Positions 56,776-64,000 of a stretch of DNA of 64,000 bases are shown piece by piece. Made by a program: the position numbers and the translations under genes. Source of the DNA: Patescibacteria group bacterium (GTDB lineage Bacteria > Patescibacteriota > Minisyncoccia > UBA6257 > UBA9933); the NCBI GenBank assembly GCA_038078555.1, contig JBBTYQ010000001.1, positions 60,966 to 124,965 of the forward strand, given 5' to 3'. Position 1 is the stretch's first letter. Each line of letters starts with the position of its first letter. The notes under the pieces were generated by a model. The model made no database searches. It was given only the letters and a program-made list of their open reading frames with translations, and was not told where the DNA came from.

Positions 56776-59700
56776 ATGGACATCAAATCTTTAAAATTAA
56801 AAGTTGCTTCGCCGGAAAAAATTTTGTCTTGGTCTTTTGGAGAAGTAATAAAGCCAGAAACTATAAATTATAGGACTCAGCGTCCGGAGCGCGACGGGCT
56901 TTTTTCTGAGCGAATTTTCGGTCCAACTAAAGATTACGAATGTTATTGCGGAAAATACCGCAGGATTCGCTATAAGGGCGTTGTTTGCGACAAATGCAAT
57001 GTTGAAGTTACCCGCTCTGCAGTGCGCCGGGAGAGGATGGGCCATATTAAATTAGCTTCGCCGGTTTCCCATATTTGGTTTTTAAGGAACATTCCTTCAA
57101 AGATCGCCTTATTTGTTGACGCTCCGATTCAAAAGCTGGTTAAAGTTATTTATTATGCCGCTTATATCGTCATATCGGTAAATGATGAGAATAAAAAGAA
57201 ATTTTTGGAAGAAATAGACCGGGAATTTCAAACAAGAAAAAAAACTATTTCCAAAGATAGCCAAAAAGATTTTGAAGCCGCTACAGCTCAAGCCAAGGAA
57301 GATTTAAAGTCTTTGGTCCCGGGAAAAATATTAACCGAGCTTGAATATCATAATCTGGCTAAGCGTTTTGCCGGAGCTTTTGAAGCTGGTAGCGGAGCGG
57401 AAGCCATAAGGAAAATTTTAGAAAATATTAATTTAGAAAAAGAAGCGGCTAGAATAGAAAATGAATTAAAAGGGACAAAGGAAGGAATCAGAGAAAAAAA
57501 GCTTCTTTATAAATTAAAAATAATCCGTTCTTTTATTAAAAATCAAATGCGTCCGGAATGGATGATTTTTACGGTTATTCCGGTTATTCCTCCGGATCTT
57601 CGGCCGATGGTGGCGCTTGATGGCGGCCGTTTTGCCACTTCTGATCTTAATGACCTTTATAGAAGAGTGATAAATCGTAATAACCGTTTAAGGAAGCTCA
57701 TGGAAATTAAAGCTCCGGAAGTGATTATTACTAACGAAAAAAGAATGTTACAGGAAGCAGTTGACGCTTTGATTGATAATTCCGCCCGATTCGGCACTCA
57801 GCAGCAGCTTTCCAGCCAAAGAAGGCCGCTTAAATCTTTAGCTGATATTTTGAAAGGCAAACAGGGCCGGTTCCGGCAGAATTTACTTGGCAAGCGCGTT
57901 GATTATTCCGGCCGTTCGGTTATCGTGGTCGGTCCTGAGCTTAAACTTAATGAATGCGGTTTACCTAAAAAAATGGCGCTTGAACTTTTCCGGCCTTTTG
58001 TGATTAGTAAAATAATTCAAAGAGGCTTGGCTTACAATATTAGGAATGCCAATCGCTTGATTGAACAAGCTACGCCTGAAATTTGGGGCATTTTAGAAGA
58101 AGTGATTGAAAAAAAGAAGGTTTTGCTTAACCGAGCGCCGACTTTACACCGTTTAGGCATCCAGGCTTTTAAGCCTATTCTTATTGAAGATTTGGCGATT
58201 AGAATTCCGCCTATGGTTTGCGCCGCTTTTAACGCTGATTTCGACGGCGACCAAATGGCCGTACATTTGCCTTTGTCAGATGAAGCTCAACATGAGGCAA
58301 CTGAGCGAATGCTTGCGTCTAATAATATTTTAAAGCCGTCTACCGGCGATCCTATTGCCCAGCCAACGCAGGACATTGTTTTGGGCTGCTATTATCTTAC
58401 AAAAATAAAGGAGTCGTCAGAACCAATTAAAAAATATTTTGCTAATGCCGAAGAAGCTATTTTGGCTTATAATTTCGGTTCGACAAAAATCAACGAGCCG
58501 GTCAAGGTCAGCCTTAACGGAGAACTTGTTGAAACCAGTATCGGCCGGATAATTTTCAACCAAGCTCTTCCTGAAAGTTTTGAATTTACCAATAAAACAA
58601 TGAGCAAAAAAGAGTTAGGCAAGCTCCTATCAATTTTTATTGATAAATACGGCATAGAAGAAATTTGGAAAATTTTGGATCAAATTAAAAGATTGGGATT
58701 TGAATATGCCACGGTTTCCGGCGTAAGCTGGGGCATGGATGATTTAACGATTCCGGTAGAGAAGAAAGAAATTTTTATTGAAGCGGAAAAAGAGGAAAAT
58801 TTAGTTCGCGAACAATACGAGCAGGGACTTTTAACAAATCTTGAACGCAAAGCCAGAATTATCAATGTTTGGGATAAAGCCAAGGATCAGATTGCTAAAG
58901 TTATTCCTAAGGCGCTTGATCCTTTTGGATCGGTCTACACTATTATTGATTCCGGAGCGCGCGGTTCTTGGTCTCAGCCCTTGCAAATGATGGGTATGAA
59001 AGGTTTGGTGCAAAATCCTAAAGGCGAAACGATTGAATTGCCGATTAAATCTTCTTATAAAGAAGGTCTTGATGTGCTTGAGTTTTTTATTAATACTCAC
59101 GGCGCTAGAAAAGGCTTAACTGACACAGCTTTAAAAACTGCTTCTGCCGGATATTTGACGCGGCGCTTGGTTGATGTAGTTCAAGATATCACTATTAAAG
59201 AAAAAGATTGTCGCACTGCTGAAGGTTTGCATATTATTAGGGCCGAGGGCGATGAATACGGCCATCCTTTCAGCCAAAGGATTTTAGGTCGTACTGTGTT
59301 AGAAGACGTTAAATTAAGCAATAAAATTTTGATCAGAGAAGGAGAAATAATCAGCCGAGAAGTTTCGGAAATTATCAATAATTCCAAGGTTGAATCGGTT
59401 AAAGTTAGATCCCCTATTTCGTGCAAAACTCTTGGCGGGATTTGTTCCAAATGTTACGGATATGATTTATCAAAAATTAAGCCGATTGAAATCGGGGAAG
59501 CGATTGGCGTAGTAGCCGCTCAATCAATTGGCGAGCCGGGCACTCAATTAACGCTAAGGACGTTTCATACCGGCGGCGTGGCTGGAGCTGATATCACTCA
59601 CGGATTGCCGAGAGTTCAGGAGCTTTTTGAGGTTAGAATTCCAAAAGGCAAGGCTCATTTAGCCGAAGAAGACGGCACAGTGGAAGATATTGAGGACAGA

Positions 59701-60348
59701 AAACAGCTTAAAATAATAAAATTGAAAATTTCCAAAGCTTTGGCTTCAGGCAAAGGTAAAAAAACTAAAATTATTGAGTATCCAGTTTCTCGATCAACCG
59801 TTATATTTGTTAAATCAGGCGATAAAGTGTCTAAAGGCGAGCAATTGTGCGAAGGCAGTCTTGATTTGCAGGAGCTTTTCAAATTCCGGGATCGTGAAGC
59901 AGTAGAGCGTTATATTATAAATGAAGTTCAGAAAATTTATGCTTCTGAAGGCAGCGCAATCAGCGATAAACACATTGAGATTATCGTCAGAGCAATGTTT
60001 TCCAGAGTGATGATTAAAGATGCCGGAGGTACGGATTTTGTTGTGGGAGAAGTTATTGAAAAGTCTAAATTTTTAGCTGCTAATCGCGAAACAAAAGAAA
60101 AAGGCAAGTCTCCGGCTAAGGCAAAGCAAATGCTTATGGGTATTACCAAGGTATCATTATCAACCGAGAGCTTCCTTTCATCCGCTTCTTTCCAGGAGAC
60201 TGCTAGAGTCTTGGTAATGGCAGCCAGCGAAGGCAGAGAGGACAAGCTTAAGGGTCTTAAAGAAAACGTAATTATTGGAAAGCTTATCCCCGCTGGCACT
60301 GGTCTCAGGCAAAGGCAGGTTGAAAATAAAGCCAGCGAAGAAAAATAG
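56776..60348 (+). CDS. rpoC: RNA polymerase beta' subunit
   Basis: [36 protein letters not shown]. Confidence 0.99.
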   Translation: MDIKSLKLKVASPEKILSWSFGEVIKPETINYRTQRPERDGLFSERIFGPTKDYECYCGKYRRIRYKGVVCDKCNVEVTRSAVRRERMGHIKLASPVSHIWFLRNIPSKIALFVDAPIQKLVKVIYYAAYIVISVNDENKKKFLEEIDREFQTRKKTISKDSQKDFEAATAQAKEDLKSLVPGKILTELEYHNLAKRFAGAFEAGSGAEAIRKILENINLEKEAARIENELKGTKEGIREKKLLYKLKIIRSFIKNQMRPEWMIFTVIPVIPPDLRPMVALDGGRFATSDLNDLYRRVINRNNRLRKLMEIKAPEVIITNEKRMLQEAVDALIDNSARFGTQQQLSSQRRPLKSLADILKGKQGRFRQNLLGKRVDYSGRSVIVVGPELKLNECGLPKKMALELFRPFVISKIIQRGLAYNIRNANRLIEQATPEIWGILEEVIEKKKVLLNRAPTLHRLGIQAFKPILIEDLAIRIPPMVCAAFNADFDGDQMAVHLPLSDEAQHEATERMLASNNILKPSTGDPIAQPTQDIVLGCYYLTKIKESSEPIKKYFANAEEAILAYNFGSTKINEPVKVSLNGELVETSIGRIIFNQALPESFEFTNKTMSKKELGKLLSIFIDKYGIEEIWKILDQIKRLGFEYATVSGVSWGMDDLTIPVEKKEIFIEAEKEENLVREQYEQGLLTNLERKARIINVWDKAKDQIAKVIPKALDPFGSVYTIIDSGARGSWSQPLQMMGMKGLVQNPKGETIELPIKSSYKEGLDVLEFFINTHGARKGLTDTALKTASAGYLTRRLVDVVQDITIKEKDCRTAEGLHIIRAEGDEYGHPFSQRILGRTVLEDVKLSNKILIREGEIISREVSEIINNSKVESVKVRSPISCKTLGGICSKCYGYDLSKIKPIEIGEAIGVVAAQSIGEPGTQLTLRTFHTGGVAGADITHGLPRVQELFEVRIPKGKAHLAEEDGTVEDIEDRKQLKIIKLKISKALASGKGKKTKIIEYPVSRSTVIFVKSGDKVSKGEQLCEGSLDLQELFKFRDREAVERYIINEVQKIYASEGSAISDKHIEIIVRAMFSRVMIKDAGGTDFVVGEVIEKSKFLAANRETKEKGKSPAKAKQMLMGITKVSLSTESFLSSASFQETARVLVMAASEGREDKLKGLKENVIIGKLIPAGTGLRQRQVENKASEEK

Positions 60349-60349
60349 T

Positions 60350-60383
60350 AAAAATACGGTTCCGCGTTGCGGAGCCGTATTTT
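60350..60383 (+). terminator. intrinsic terminator after rpoC
   Basis: AAAATACGGTTCCGC-GTT-GCGGAGCCGTATTTTT. Confidence 0.8.
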
Positions 60384-60405
60384 TATTAGTCTATATTGAG
60401 ATAAG

Positions 60406-60434
60406 TTGACAAATATTTTAAATGGCTTTATTAT
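60406..60434 (+). promoter_or_regulatory. sigma70 promoter of rpsF (predicted leaderless)
   Basis: TTGACA-17-TATTAT, then 6 nt to the ATG. Confidence 0.7.
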
Positions 60435-60440
60435 GCTTCC

Positions 60441-60875
60441 ATGACAGAAGATAAGAAAAATTATGAAATCAGTTTTCTTACCGTTGCTGACGAAGATATA
60501 AATGAAGTTGCTAAGATTATTTCTAAGCACGGAGCCTCAATTATTGACGAGGTGAAAACTTCCAAAATAAAATTGGCTTATCCTATAAAACGCGAGAATT
60601 TCGCCAATTTCAGCTATCTTTGTTTTTCCGCTGCCACTGATGTTATTAAAAAAATAAACAATGATTTAAAGTTGAATTCTAAGGTTTTGCGATTTTTAAT
60701 TATCACTCCTCCGGTCGTCAAATCGGTTATTTCTCAAAAAGAAAGAAGAAGAATCACTGAGCCAATGATTACCGGCAAAGAAGAAAAAAGCGAGCATCGA
60801 AAGAGCGAATCAAAACCAGCGCCAGCATTAAGCAATGAAGAATTGGAAAAGAAATTAGAGGAGATATTAAAGTAA
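60441..60875 (+). CDS. rpsF: 30S ribosomal protein S6
   Basis: YEISF, LAYPIK, VLRFLI; rpsF-ssb-rpsR operon. Confidence 0.93.
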   Translation: MTEDKKNYEISFLTVADEDINEVAKIISKHGASIIDEVKTSKIKLAYPIKRENFANFSYLCFSAATDVIKKINNDLKLNSKVLRFLIITPPVVKSVISQKERRRITEPMITGKEEKSEHRKSESKPAPALSNEELEKKLEEILK

Positions 60876-60934
60876 TCGCTAATAACGCGAATTTGCATTA
60901 TTTGCTATAAATTTGCATTATTCGTGAACGCTTC

Positions 60935-61402
60935 ATGAATTTAAATAAAGTTTTTATAATAGGAAATTTAACAAGAAATCCTGAGCTTAGAATGTTGCCT
61001 TCGGGTGCGCCGGTGGCTTCTTTCGGAGTGGCTACTAATCGGGTTTGGAAAAATCAGCAAGGAGAGAAACAAGAAGAAGTGGAATTTCACAATGTAGTTG
61101 TTTTTGGAAGACAAGCGGAGATTGCTAATCAATACTTGGCCAAAGGACGCTCGGTTTTTGTGGAAGGCAGGCTTCAGACAAGAAGCTGGGATGCGCCTGA
61201 CGGCGCCAAGCGCAATCGAACGGAAATTATTGCGGAGCGCATTCAATTCGGTCCGAGAGCTTCCGGAGGATTTTCCAAGTCAGAGTATGAGCCAAAAAAT
61301 GATTCAGCTGGCACAGAAAGCGTGGACGCGGCTTCTAAAAACGAGCTTCCGGAAATTGATATTAATGAAGGAGAAATTAAGCCAGAAGATTTACCGTTTT
61401 AA
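60935..61402 (+). CDS. ssb: single-stranded DNA-binding protein
   Basis: NKVFIIGNLTRNPELR, VEGRLQTRSW, C-terminal DLPF. Confidence 0.97.
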   Translation: MNLNKVFIIGNLTRNPELRMLPSGAPVASFGVATNRVWKNQQGEKQEEVEFHNVVVFGRQAEIANQYLAKGRSVFVEGRLQTRSWDAPDGAKRNRTEIIAERIQFGPRASGGFSKSEYEPKNDSAGTESVDAASKNELPEIDINEGEIKPEDLPF

Positions 61403-61436
61403 TTAACCATTATCACTAATCACTAACCACTAATTA
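61403..61436 (+). repeat. degenerate heptamer tandem repeat
   Basis: TTAACCA TTATCA CTAATCA CTAACCA CTAATTA. Confidence 0.65.
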
Positions 61437-61438
61437 CT

Positions 61439-61636
61439 ATGCAATGTTTCTTTTGTTCGCAAAATTTAAAAGAGATTGATTATAAGGAATCTGACATGCT
61501 CAGGCGTTTTATTTCCTCACAAGGCAAAATTATTGACCCTAAATATACCGGCGCATGTTCCAAGCATCAGCGGATGATTGGCCGCGCTGTTAAAAGAGCA
61601 AGATTTTTAGGATTGCTTTCTCCGATTAGAAAGTAA
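61439..61636 (+). CDS. rpsR: 30S ribosomal protein S18 (zinc-binding form)
   Basis: [29 protein letters not shown]. Confidence 0.96.
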   Translation: MQCFFCSQNLKEIDYKESDMLRRFISSQGKIIDPKYTGACSKHQRMIGRAVKRARFLGLLSPIRK

Positions 61637-61688
61637 ATTTAATTAAAATAATTTCAATTACAAAACTTATTTTAGCTTTGTAATTTTC

Positions 61689-62279
61689 TTGGCAATTTTC
61701 TTGATGGATACTTTAATTTTTCAAGCTATTTACGGGTTGAGCCATCGTTTTTGGTTTTTAGACTATTTGGGCATTTTCCTTGCCCAGTATCTGCCTTATT
61801 TTTTGATTTTAATTACTTTATTTTTAATTTTAAATCTAAAAAAATGGCAAGAAAAAATTTATTTTATCTCCTTAATTGCATTTTCAGTGATTATTTCAAG
61901 AGGCCTAATTACCGAAATTATCAGATTTGTTTATGATAAACCAAGGCCTTTTGCCGTTTTAGATATCGAAACCTTAGTTAGTCATATTAGTTCGCCGGCT
62001 TTTCCTTCGGGGCACGCCGCCGCTTATTTTGCCCTAGCATCTGCCATTTTTTTTCTAAATAAAAAATGGGGCATCAGATTTTTAATTGCAGCAGCTTTAA
62101 TGGCTTTAGGCAGGATTTTTGTAGGCGTTCATTGGCCGGCTGATGTTTTTGTTGGCGCGCTTATCGGAATTTTAAGCGCTGTTGCATCTTATAAATTATT
62201 AGTAAAATATGACGATCATCACCAAGTGAATTCTTTAGTTGATGATAATATCGGAATTTCTCCTGAAAAAAATGCCTAA
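61689..62279 (+). CDS. PAP2 family phosphatase (undecaprenyl-PP phosphatase-like)
   Basis: KPRPF, FPSGH, GRIFVGVHWPAD. Confidence 0.9.
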   Translation: MAIFLMDTLIFQAIYGLSHRFWFLDYLGIFLAQYLPYFLILITLFLILNLKKWQEKIYFISLIAFSVIISRGLITEIIRFVYDKPRPFAVLDIETLVSHISSPAFPSGHAAAYFALASAIFFLNKKWGIRFLIAAALMALGRIFVGVHWPADVFVGALIGILSAVASYKLLVKYDDHHQVNSLVDDNIGISPEKNA

Positions 62280-63135
62280 TATCAAACGCTCGGCTCCGGT
62301 TTTAATTATTTTAGCGGTTTTAAATTTATTTATTTGGCAGCAGATTGTTTTTAAAGCTCCAGCTGGCGCGCTGGAGCTTTATTTTTTTGATGTCGGTCAA
62401 GGCGACAGCGGGCTTATTATTTTGCCCGGTAATGTCAAAATTTTAGTTGACGGCGGTCCGAGTAATAAAGTAATTGGTCAATTAGAGGAAGTCATGTCGC
62501 CTTCTGACCGGTATATTGATTTAGTTATGCTTTCTCATCCTCAGCTTGACCATTTTTCCGGATTGATTGATGTTTTGAAGAGATATGAGATTGGAGCCTT
62601 TATTTTTAACGGTCAGGCTGGAAGCACATTGGCTTTTAATGATTTGGAAAAAATTATTGAAGAAAATAAAATTAAAACTTTGGTTTTGTCCGGCGGAGAC
62701 AAAATCAGCCATCAAGACAGCGAGATAGAGTTTTTATTCCCCAACAAAGAATTTTTATCAGGCAAGGACTTGAATGATACTTCGCTGACTTTTATTTTAA
62801 GAAGCCAAGAAGCAAAAGCTTTTTTTGGCGGAGATATCGGATTCAAGGCGGAAAAATATTTAATGAAAAATTTTGATATTAATGTCGATATTTTAAAAGT
62901 ATCCCATCACGGCTCTAAATATTCTTCGTCTGAAGAATTTTTAGAGCATGCCAGTCCGCTCGTTTCGGTTATTGATGTTGGCAAAAACAGCTACGGACAC
63001 CCAACCAACGAAACATTGAGCCGATTAGCCAAAATTGGTTCCTTGATTTTTCGCACTGATAAAGACAACCTGGTTAAATTGACGGTAAAAGACGGCGCTC
63101 TTAACATTTTTAAAAATAAGATTTATAATCAATAA
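62239..63135 (+). CDS. ComEC-type MBL-fold nuclease (stand-alone)
   Basis: DVGQGD, VDGGP, SHPQLDH, NDTS, KVSHHGS, NSYGHP, RTD. Confidence 0.88.
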   Translation: MMIISEFLLKKMPNIKRSAPVLIILAVLNLFIWQQIVFKAPAGALELYFFDVGQGDSGLIILPGNVKILVDGGPSNKVIGQLEEVMSPSDRYIDLVMLSHPQLDHFSGLIDVLKRYEIGAFIFNGQAGSTLAFNDLEKIIEENKIKTLVLSGGDKISHQDSEIEFLFPNKEFLSGKDLNDTSLTFILRSQEAKAFFGGDIGFKAEKYLMKNFDINVDILKVSHHGSKYSSSEEFLEHASPLVSVIDVGKNSYGHPTNETLSRLAKIGSLIFRTDKDNLVKLTVKDGALNIFKNKIYNQ

Positions 63136-63185
63136 TTAAAAATAAGCCGTTTTTTAAGAGAATAATAAAATTTATTTTAACTAAA

Positions 63186-63746
63186 ATGCCTGATTTCAAA
63201 GAAGAAAAAACTTTAGTGGTAATAAAGCCCGATGGAGTTAAAAGAGGCTTAGTGGGCGAAATTATCAGCCGGCTGGAAAAAGTCGGTTTGAAAATTATCG
63301 CTATGAAAGCCGTAAGAATCGAAGAGGGAGTGGCTTTAAAACATTACGGCTATAATGAAGAGTGGTTTGAGAAAGTCGGCGCCAAGGTAAAAGATTTTTA
63401 CGTTCGCGTTGGTTTTGATCCAGGCGAAGATTTTAACAAGCTTTCCCATAAAGAAATTGGAAAATTAATTCAAAAATGGAACGTTGATTTTTTAACTGAA
63501 GGAATTGTTGTAGCTGTTATTTTAAAAGGCTTTAATGCGGTTGAAGTGGTAAGAAAAATTGTGGGTTCGACTTATCCCAATGAAGCATCGCCCGGTACTA
63601 TCCGGGGTGATTATTCGGCTGAATCGCCTTTAGTTGCCAATTTAGCCCAAAAAGCCGTGAGGAATTTAATTCACGCTTCTGGTTCAAGTGATGAGGCGAA
63701 AACCGAAATTGAACTTTGGTTTAAAGAATCGGAAATTTACGAATAG
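63186..63746 (+). CDS. ndk: nucleoside diphosphate kinase
   Basis: IKPDGVKRGLVGEII, PGTIRGD, NLIHAS, EIELWF. Confidence 0.95.
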   Translation: MPDFKEEKTLVVIKPDGVKRGLVGEIISRLEKVGLKIIAMKAVRIEEGVALKHYGYNEEWFEKVGAKVKDFYVRVGFDPGEDFNKLSHKEIGKLIQKWNVDFLTEGIVVAVILKGFNAVEVVRKIVGSTYPNEASPGTIRGDYSAESPLVANLAQKAVRNLIHASGSSDEAKTEIELWFKESEIYE

Positions 63747-63824
63747 TTTATTCGTGATTCTTCGCATTGTTGCTGTATTTTTTAGGCCTTGATTTTTTCA
63801 TTTTTTTCGTTTTATAATAACAAT

Positions 63825-63949
63825 GAGTCCTGACCGCGATTTCTCGGATCAAGGATTTATAAAGGGAAGGGCAAAGTATTTCATTCTTCGGATTGAAATT
63901 GAGCCTATCCACCTGGTGAAAGCCGGGATAAATCCAACAGTCAGGGCTC
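63825..63949 (+). ncRNA. candidate ~125-nt structured ncRNA (possibly 6S-like)
   Basis: TTGATT..TATAAT promoter; GAGTCCTGAC/GTCAGGGCTC closing stem; GGATTTAT/ATAAATCC; cUUCGg and GAAA tetraloops; terminator at 63956-63977. Confidence 0.6.
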
Positions 63950-64000
63950 TTGCAAGAGCCCCGCAAAGCGGGGTTTTCACATTTTTATATTGACTTTCAA

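Noticed and set aside
63825-63949. 5S rRNA or SRP RNA
   Set aside because: Lacks the 5S CCGAAC loop and the SRP CAGG..GGAA..AGCAG domain IV motif.
584-63966. Numerous short antisense or alternate-frame ORFs (e.g. 3683-4252, 6143-6589, 11020-11283, 59937-60530, 63748-63966)
   Set aside because: They overlap well-supported genes or RNA structures and have no recognisable motifs, so they are shadow ORFs.
1-64000. Alternative genetic code (UGA=Gly, as in Gracilibacteria/Absconditabacteria)
   Set aside because: Conserved genes are full length under code 11, and TGA terminates genes such as mltG.

Overview
A low-GC bacterial chromosome segment, genetic code 11, that spans the replication origin. 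Gene content points to Patescibacteria/CPR (Parcubacteria-like). The supporting genes are compact rpoB/rpoC, a short YebC, tandem VirB2-like pilins, a sigma70-r4/HTH protein, a TraD-like ATPase pair and PGI/PMI; this assignment is an inference. Core genes: tgt, polA, jag-yidC-rnpA-rpmH, yebC-ruvC, PBP1A, dnaN-dnaA with oriC, pilB, ruvB, tsaE/tsaD, secG, rnj, gyrA, rpsA, rodA, mltG, rpoBC, rpsF-ssb-rpsR, ndk. There are three ordinary tRNAs (Arg-CCG, Leu-CAG, Glu-TTC). The most striking locus is 34115-34368 (-). There a tRNA-Leu(TAG) is split in its D-loop by two CCCCG...CGGGG hairpin insertions, and one insertion carries a complete, different tRNA-Leu(TAG), giving a tRNA nested in a tRNA. Other observations: a family of clean palindromic micro-insertions; an RquA-like (rhodoquinone biosynthesis) protein; two promoter-driven structured ncRNA candidates; orphan expression cassettes with boxA-like leaders; a recurrent AAAGGTCG leader motif; and apparent leaderless genes. 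Two ORF-track strand labels are wrong: 11373..11663 is on + and 32711..34003 is on -. rpmH is missing from the track. All family assignments are from motif recognition by eye; no searches were run.
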